DNA of 64,000 nucleotides from Ostreococcus lucimarinus (Eukaryota): assembly GCA_000092065.1 (NCBI GenBank), contig CP000593.1, one strand, 5' to 3'. Every line of letters begins with the position of its first letter. Position 1 is the first letter of the stretch. This document shows positions 59,277 to 64,000 of this stretch, piece after piece. Below the pieces are notes generated by a model. That model saw only the letters and a program-made list of their open reading frames with translations, made no database searches and was not told the DNA's origin. The translations under genes were made by a program, and so were the position numbers.

Positions 59277-61439
59277 CTACGCGAGTGGGTCGAACGCGAG
59301 GGGCTTTCCTTTCGTCGATTTGGTAGGAGTCGGAACCACACCGAATTTTTGGGGATTCACGCCGAGCGCACGAGCGACATTTTTCTTCTGTCGACGAATA
59401 AACTGGTTCTCTCTGCGGTTTGCCTCCATCTGAAGCGGATTGAAACCTGAAGCGCTCGAATCGCTTTCTTCGGAGGCGACATCGACGAGGGGTTCTCCTA
59501 TGGCTTCTCGAGCCACATCTCTAACGTTGATGCGAGATGACGTTACCGGCGATGCCATCTCCTCAAAATCGCCCAACGTCCCGTCAGAACGAACGCGAAG
59601 TGTCCTAGAGTGATGCTTCGGCAGCGACACTTCGTCACCGAGGCTCAAAATACCGCTTACATGTTTCTTGAGAACGTCATACGATGCGGCTCTATCTTTT
59701 GGATCCATCGCACAAGTGGCGTCATCGAGCACGCATAAGTCGACTCTATTCACGACTGCTCGACAAACCGCAAAGCGCTGCTGCTCACTTGGACTAAGAT
59801 TGTCGCCCCAAGGCGCAATCGCGTCCAAGTAATCGATGTGTCTTCCGAGCCCGAGGGCTACCATGGCGTCAGTGAGCAGTTCACGAGTGTCGGTTCCAAT
59901 ATCCGCAGAGGATGTCGGATACAAGCACACATCGAGGAGAGAACCTTTGGGGAAGTAAGGTTTCCTCGATAGCACACACACGCGAGATCGATGAATGACT
60001 CGCGCACTACCTGAACCATAGCTCCATAGACCCACAAGTGCTTTCACGAGCATTGTCTTACCGCACCCTGCAGGACCGACGACGGCAAGCGAGTCGCCGC
60101 GACACAACACGAAGTCGAGCCCTCGAATGATTTCTTGCCCATCGTATCCGCGCAAACTCAACGAATCCACTTCGACGAGCGACATGTCATCTTCCGGAGT
60201 GTCGACACGCACGCTTGCGCCGCCGCTTTCGTTGTCACCCGCGAGCCCACGCACTGTGGATACGTCGAGGGCGTCGTACAAATTGGAAACGTGCCCCGCG
60301 TGCAGCTCCGCCGTTCGCAGAGTAGACATGTTCTGTACGAGCACGGCGAGTGCGGCGCGAATGCCGTTAAAAGATGACATCGCGACTTGAATATCCCATG
60401 CGTTCACCGAGACTCCTCGTACGAGACGCGGAAGCACGGTCGCCACGGGCAACAAGTTAGCCGCAGCATCGTACACGTCGGACGGGAAACTCGCTCGAGC
60501 GTTCAAAACTTCCCGTCTATACACAAACTCTTGCCCCGCTTCCAATGTGGCCATCGCTTCTTCTGCTTCGGTGATCGCCCCGTTCGCAAGTGCGATCGCT
60601 TCGCCATCTGTCCTTGCGTGCGCCAGCAGTTCTCGAAGTCGGGCCGTCGCGGTTTCCGCTCGATGCGCCTCCTTCTTCGCCTCATATCCGTCAAAGGTCC
60701 GCGCATTCTGCGCAACTTGCCCGATCAACGCGCTCCCAATCAAGACTGGCGCGCTCCAGAACGAGCTTTGAAACAGACACTGCGCGTGATATACCATCGC
60801 CACGCACGCCTCGATCCCATCTGCCGCAGCATCGAGCGCCGCGCGCGCAAACGCCGGCGCTCCAACCGCCGCCGAAGCCGCCGCCTCGCGTGCGCTCTCG
60901 ATCGGCTCATCTTTCGCGCTCGCCAGCGCCTCGTCGGTGAGCATGGCGTTCACTACGTCGCCCCCGAACCGCGTCGCCAGCTCTCGTCGCAACAGTGCCC
61001 TGTACGTACGACGCGACAACCGCAACGGTTCCGCCACGAGCGCGAAAGTGCCAAAGGCGCGAGCGATCGCCCAAAACGTCCCCTTCGCGTCACCTCGTGC
61101 GATCTCCCCCCACGCTCGCGCGCTGTGTCGCCACGCGCGGTAGCTCGCCATGTGTTGGGCGTACTGCAGCAGACCCAGAGCGATCAGGCGCGACAGCAGC
61201 TCGGCGCGGTCGTGCGAAGACGCGGGAAAAGTTGACTCGATTAAATCGCACGTTTTCGGCGACACCACGCGCGGCGCGCACGCGATGAGAGTGCCGGCCG
61301 CGCGCGCGCGATCGAGCGTTTTGCGCGCCATCGCGCGAGCGTCCATGACGAACGATGACGACGACGAAACGCGACGGTCAGTGCGAGACGCGCGCGATTG
61401 AATCACGTTCAAAACGCATTCGCCGCGAAGGCTTTGCAC
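59277..61439 (-). CDS. ABC transporter subfamily D-like half-transporter (peroxisomal/organellar fatty-acyl transporter type): ABC_membrane_2 TMD plus one NBD.
   Basis: TMD carries the ABCD-type loop LRELLAHARTDGEAIALANG (compare FRYAHARL…EEIAFYGG). NBD has Walker A (VVGPAGCGKTMLVKAL), a Q-loop region (RVCVLSRKPYFPKGSLLDVCLYPTS) and Walker B (CVLDDATCAMD). The signature motif is degenerate (NLSPSEQQR instead of LSGGEKQR). Confidence 0.75.
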   Translation of the reverse strand: MQSLRGECVLNVIQSRASRTDRRVSSSSSFVMDARAMARKTLDRARAAGTLIACAPRVVSPKTCDLIESTFPASSHDRAELLSRLIALGLLQYAQHMASYRAWRHSARAWGEIARGDAKGTFWAIARAFGTFALVAEPLRLSRRTYRALLRRELATRFGGDVVNAMLTDEALASAKDEPIESAREAAASAAVGAPAFARAALDAAADGIEACVAMVYHAQCLFQSSFWSAPVLIGSALIGQVAQNARTFDGYEAKKEAHRAETATARLRELLAHARTDGEAIALANGAITEAEEAMATLEAGQEFVYRREVLNARASFPSDVYDAAANLLPVATVLPRLVRGVSVNAWDIQVAMSSFNGIRAALAVLVQNMSTLRTAELHAGHVSNLYDALDVSTVRGLAGDNESGGASVRVDTPEDDMSLVEVDSLSLRGYDGQEIIRGLDFVLCRGDSLAVVGPAGCGKTMLVKALVGLWSYGSGSARVIHRSRVCVLSRKPYFPKGSLLDVCLYPTSSADIGTDTRELLTDAMVALGLGRHIDYLDAIAPWGDNLSPSEQQRFAVCRAVVNRVDLCVLDDATCAMDPKDRAASYDVLKKHVSGILSLGDEVSLPKHHSRTLRVRSDGTLGDFEEMASPVTSSRINVRDVAREAIGEPLVDVASEESDSSASGFNPLQMEANRRENQFIRRQKKNVARALGVNPQKFGVVPTPTKSTKGKPLAFDPLA

Positions 61440-61520
61440 AGCGAGGCTTGCGAATGAGTGGCAAAAGTCTATGTATGTATTCGATTAGCGCTATCCGCCG
61501 CAGTGTACTACGCTCGACGA

Positions 61521-63299
61521 TTAGTCGTCGTCGCCCGCGCTGACGCCCGTGCCCGTGCCCGCCGCGTCGGAGTTCTTTTGGGAAAGCCCGGAGACGATGT
61601 CATCAATGCGCAATAGCATCGTGGCGCTCTCGACGGCGGTTTTGATGGATTGCACCTTGACCGCGTACGGATCCCACACACCGAGCTCTTTCATGTCTAC
61701 GATCGTGCCCTTATCGCCATCAATACCGAACGTTCGCGCTTCTTCGCCCTCGGCGTGTTTGGCGCGAAGTTTGGTGAGAGTGCGAATGACGTTGGCGCCG
61801 CAGTTTTGCGCGAGCGTTCGCGGAATGACCTCGAGTGCCGCGCCGATGGCGCGGAACGGCCATTGCTCCACACCCTCGATCTTCGTCGCTTCTTCCGCGA
61901 TCGCGCGAGAGACAGCCATTTCGACCGCACCGCCACCGGGCAACAGTCGCGGGTCTTGGACGACATTCCTCGCTACGCCCATCGCGTCAATCAAGTTGCG
62001 TTCAATTTCATTCAAAATATCCTTGCTCGCGCCGCGAAGGACGACGGTGCACGCCTTGGGCTCTTTGCAGTCGACGACGAAGGTGAAATATTCGTCACCG
62101 ATTTTCTCGACGTTGAACAAACCAGCACCGGTGCCGATGTCTGATTCACGAAGCTCATCCACGCGAGAAACGACGGTGGCCCCCGCGGCTCGCGCGATGC
62201 GATTATTATCGGTCTTGCGGACGCGTCGCAATGCGGTGATGCCCGCCTTGGAAAGGTAGTGGCAAGCCAAATCACTGCATCCCTTTTCGGTGACGACGAC
62301 ATCGGGCTTGAAAGCCGCGATCTTCGCGCACGTCTCTTTGATCCAATCCTCCTCCATCTTCAGCAACACCGCCCAATCTTCTTCCTTGGTGATTTCCACA
62401 TTGGTTTGGTTCTCGCCCTTTTTGTACTCCAATGGGCAGTCGAGAAGCATGATTCTCGGGTTTTCAATTCGTCGCTTCATTCGTCCAGGCGCGACGACGT
62501 CTTTGTTCATCATCACTCCTCGTAGCACCGTGCAGTCATCGATAGAACCACCCGCAATCTTCTCCACCTTGGCGTACTTTTTAATGTCTATGTCGTTCGT
62601 GCCGTCGGCGTTTTTGCGAGCCACGCACATGACCGCGTCGAGCGCCAAGTTTGGAATGAGTTCGCCCATGCGCGCGGTAAACTTGGTGCCGACAGAGCTC
62701 TTGACGATCTTCATCATCTCATCACGATTCGTGACATCGATGGGAAAACTAATTGAATCAATCACTTTCAATGCGGCGTCCAACGCCTTCATGTACGCCC
62801 TCACGATGACTGTCGGGTGAATGTTCTTTTCCAAAAACTGTTGCGACAGATGAAGGATTTCACCAGCCAGAATAATCACCGACGTCGTCCCGTCCCCGGT
62901 TTCTTCGTCTTGCGTGCGCGACAGTTCAATCATACTCTTCGCCGCCGGATGCGTGACGTCGATCTCTCTCAAAATCGCATTCCCGTCATTCGTCAACACG
63001 ATGCCTGCGTTTGAGCAAAACGCGCGCGAGGTCAGTCACCCGTCCAAAACATCCAATCACCATCCGACGCCGATCGCCATCGCGCTCGGACGTTCGACCA
63101 TCAGCGAGCGCTGATCACGCTCGCGTCAACGCTCGCGTCCTCGTTCAGCCGCGTTCGTGCGTCCCGTCACCGTCGAACCGCGTTCGTTCGTTCGTTCGCT
63201 CGCGTTGACTTTTCGCCGCGTTGACTCTGTCGCTCCGCGTTTCATCGATCGCGCGCGCGCCGCGCGCGAGACGCGTGGACTCGCGCGAAGACGCGATAT

Positions 63300-63336
<37 letters not shown>

Positions 63337-63516
63337 ACCTCCCGAAGCGTCTAAAATCATCTTCAACATCGACCTCGGCCCGAGCGTCGTGCGGATGATG
63401 TCGCTCACCGCCTTGGCCGCCGCGATGTTGTTCGCGCGCGCGATCGAACCCGTCTCGCGCTTGGCGTTGGTGTTCATCACCATGATTTGTTGCCCTTGAC
63501 CGCCCTGTTGCATCAT
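61521..63516 (-). CDS. CCT3: T-complex protein 1 subunit gamma (CCT3, group II chaperonin). Two exons: 63516..63339 and 63004..61521.
   Basis: The main ORF (track start is GTG, internal) reads IVLTNDGNAILREIDVTHPAAKSMIELSRTQDEETGDGTTSVIILAGEIL…, matching CCT gamma from about residue 45. The missing N-terminus is in track ORF 63145..63516 (MMQQGGQGQQIMVMNTNAKRETGSIARANNIAAAKAVSDIIRTTLGPRSMLKMILDASGG…). A GT..AG splice joins ILDASG-G|IVLTNDG exactly as in human LLDPMGGIVMTNDG. Confidence 0.9.
63005..63338 (-). other. Spliceosomal intron (334 nt, phase 1) in CCT3, beginning with an (ACG)12 repeat.
   Basis: Minus sense GGAG|GTACGACG(ACG)n…GAACGAACGAACGAACG…GGGTGACTGACCTCGCGCGCGTTTTGCTCAAACGCAG|GCATCGTG. 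GT at 63338-63337 and AG at 63006-63005. A CTGAC branch-like motif lies about 30 nt upstream of the 3' splice site. Confidence 0.8.
63301..63337. repeat. (CGT)12 / (ACG)12 trinucleotide microsatellite at the 5' end of the CCT3 intron.
   Basis: cgtcgtcgtcgtcgtcgtcgtcgtcgtcgtcgtcgt read directly. Confidence 0.9.
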
Positions 63517-63753
63517 CGCGCGTGGTCGTGCGGGCGCGGACGCGCGATCGAGGTGCGTCGCGGAGTGACGATCTGGCGCGGGCGGCGCGTCCGAACGTCG
63601 CGGCGGCGCGAGGAGAGCGATTCGGAAGCGCTACGGAATCGCGCGATGTCCGCACGAGTAGGATGGGAAAATATGATGATACAACTAATGGTGATAGCGT
63701 GGACATCGATCGCGTCGACGCGCGCGGGATGATGCGCGCTCGGACGACGCAGA

Positions 63754-64000
63754 TTAGGCGGCGACGACGACGGCGGCGACGTCTCGAAGCATGCCGAGCA
63801 AACGCTTGGAAGACTTTGCGCGAGGAGGCGAGCGCGAGGGCGTCGCGCTCGCGCCACCACCGCTCTTTAGCTTTTGTGCGATAAACGCACGAGTCTCTCG
63901 CAAGACTTCTTCGTTCGTTTCGCCGTACGCCAACACTTCCATCTCTTTGTCGATGGAGGCGTTGAATTCGGCGATGGCGAGCGCGCGAGCGCGCGATTCT
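63754..64000 (-). CDS. 3' end of a gene whose N-terminus lies beyond the right edge (hypothetical protein; C-terminus …FIAQKLKSGGGASATPSRSPPRAKSSKRLLGMLRDVAAVVVAA).
   Basis: Minus-strand frame is open from the window edge to TAA at 63754-63756, and the sequence is protein-like (…ESRARALAIAEFNASIDKEMEVLAYGETNEEVLRETRAFIAQKLK…). Confidence 0.35.
   Translation of the reverse strand, partial: ESRARALAIAEFNASIDKEMEVLAYGETNEEVLRETRAFIAQKLKSGGGASATPSRSPPRAKSSKRLLGMLRDVAAVVVAA

Noticed and set aside
63005-63338. Possible box C/D snoRNA inside the CCT3 intron (CGATGAAA … CTGA near the 3' end).
   Set aside because: C box is imperfect (CGAUGA rather than RUGAUGA). No clear terminal stem or guide complementarity could be evaluated by eye. 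The CTGA is better explained as the branch-point motif.
1-64000. Mobile elements, integrated virus, prokaryotic HGT island or operon-like defence system.
   Set aside because: No reverse transcriptase, integrase, transposase, capsid or restriction/defence-type ORFs, and no terminal repeats. Every sizeable ORF with real coding character is a conserved eukaryotic gene in normal compact arrangement. HslU and the ABC ATPases are in eukaryotic context with presequences.

Overview
This window looks like a gene-dense, intron-poor, GC-rich eukaryotic nuclear segment. It is not prokaryotic or viral.

I can support about 30 protein-coding genes on both strands, roughly one per 2.1 kb, with intergenic spacers often under 200 bp. 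Nearly all are conserved eukaryotic housekeeping or signalling proteins, plus several photosynthetic-lineage genes. Named calls: ABCE1, CCT gamma, eIF3h, NADP-IDH, importin-beta, HUWE1/UPL-type HECT E3 (3574 aa), SCY1-like kinase, cGMP-dependent protein kinase, Rad16/Rad5-type SNF2-RING helicase, ACAP-type ArfGAP, apyrase, mitochondrial-type HslU, ABCD half-transporter. Photosynthetic-lineage genes: two large PPR proteins and a two-helix Lhc-like (SEP/LIL/ELIP family) protein.

Three short spliceosomal introns (76, 118 and 334 nt) were found by hand. Each splits a conserved N-terminal domain that the six-frame track shows as two separate ORFs. All three lie in the first 180 nt of their CDS and have GTGCG/GTACG 5' splice sites and a CTGAC branch-point-like motif.

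Several genes have TGTAA 5-90 nt downstream of the stop, the chlorophyte-type poly(A) signal. Together with roughly 52% GC in conserved domains versus over 75% in low-complexity or intergenic DNA and very short introns, this suggests a green picoalga of the Mamiellophyceae type (Micromonas/Ostreococcus-like). That is an inference, not something I can verify here.

No rRNA, CRISPR array, transposon, or obviously foreign island was seen, and tRNA was not systematically searched. The six-frame track uses alternative start codons (some listed starts are GTG). GC-rich DNA produces many long spurious Arg/Ala/Ser-rich ORFs on antisense and alternate frames, so listed ORF starts and many listed ORFs are not real genes.

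Items most worth a second look: (a) the SNF2-RING helicase carries an N-terminal PARP-type nick-sensor zinc finger split by an intron; (b) the SCY1-like kinase has a first exon and intron with a (TGAA)n microsatellite; (c) CCT3 has a missed first exon; (d) one (ACG)n/(CGT)n microsatellite recurs in both coding presequences and introns; (e) two candidate unannotated small membrane-protein ORFs sit in otherwise gene-free gaps; (f) gene packing is extremely tight, implying overlapping 3' UTRs and bidirectional promoters.
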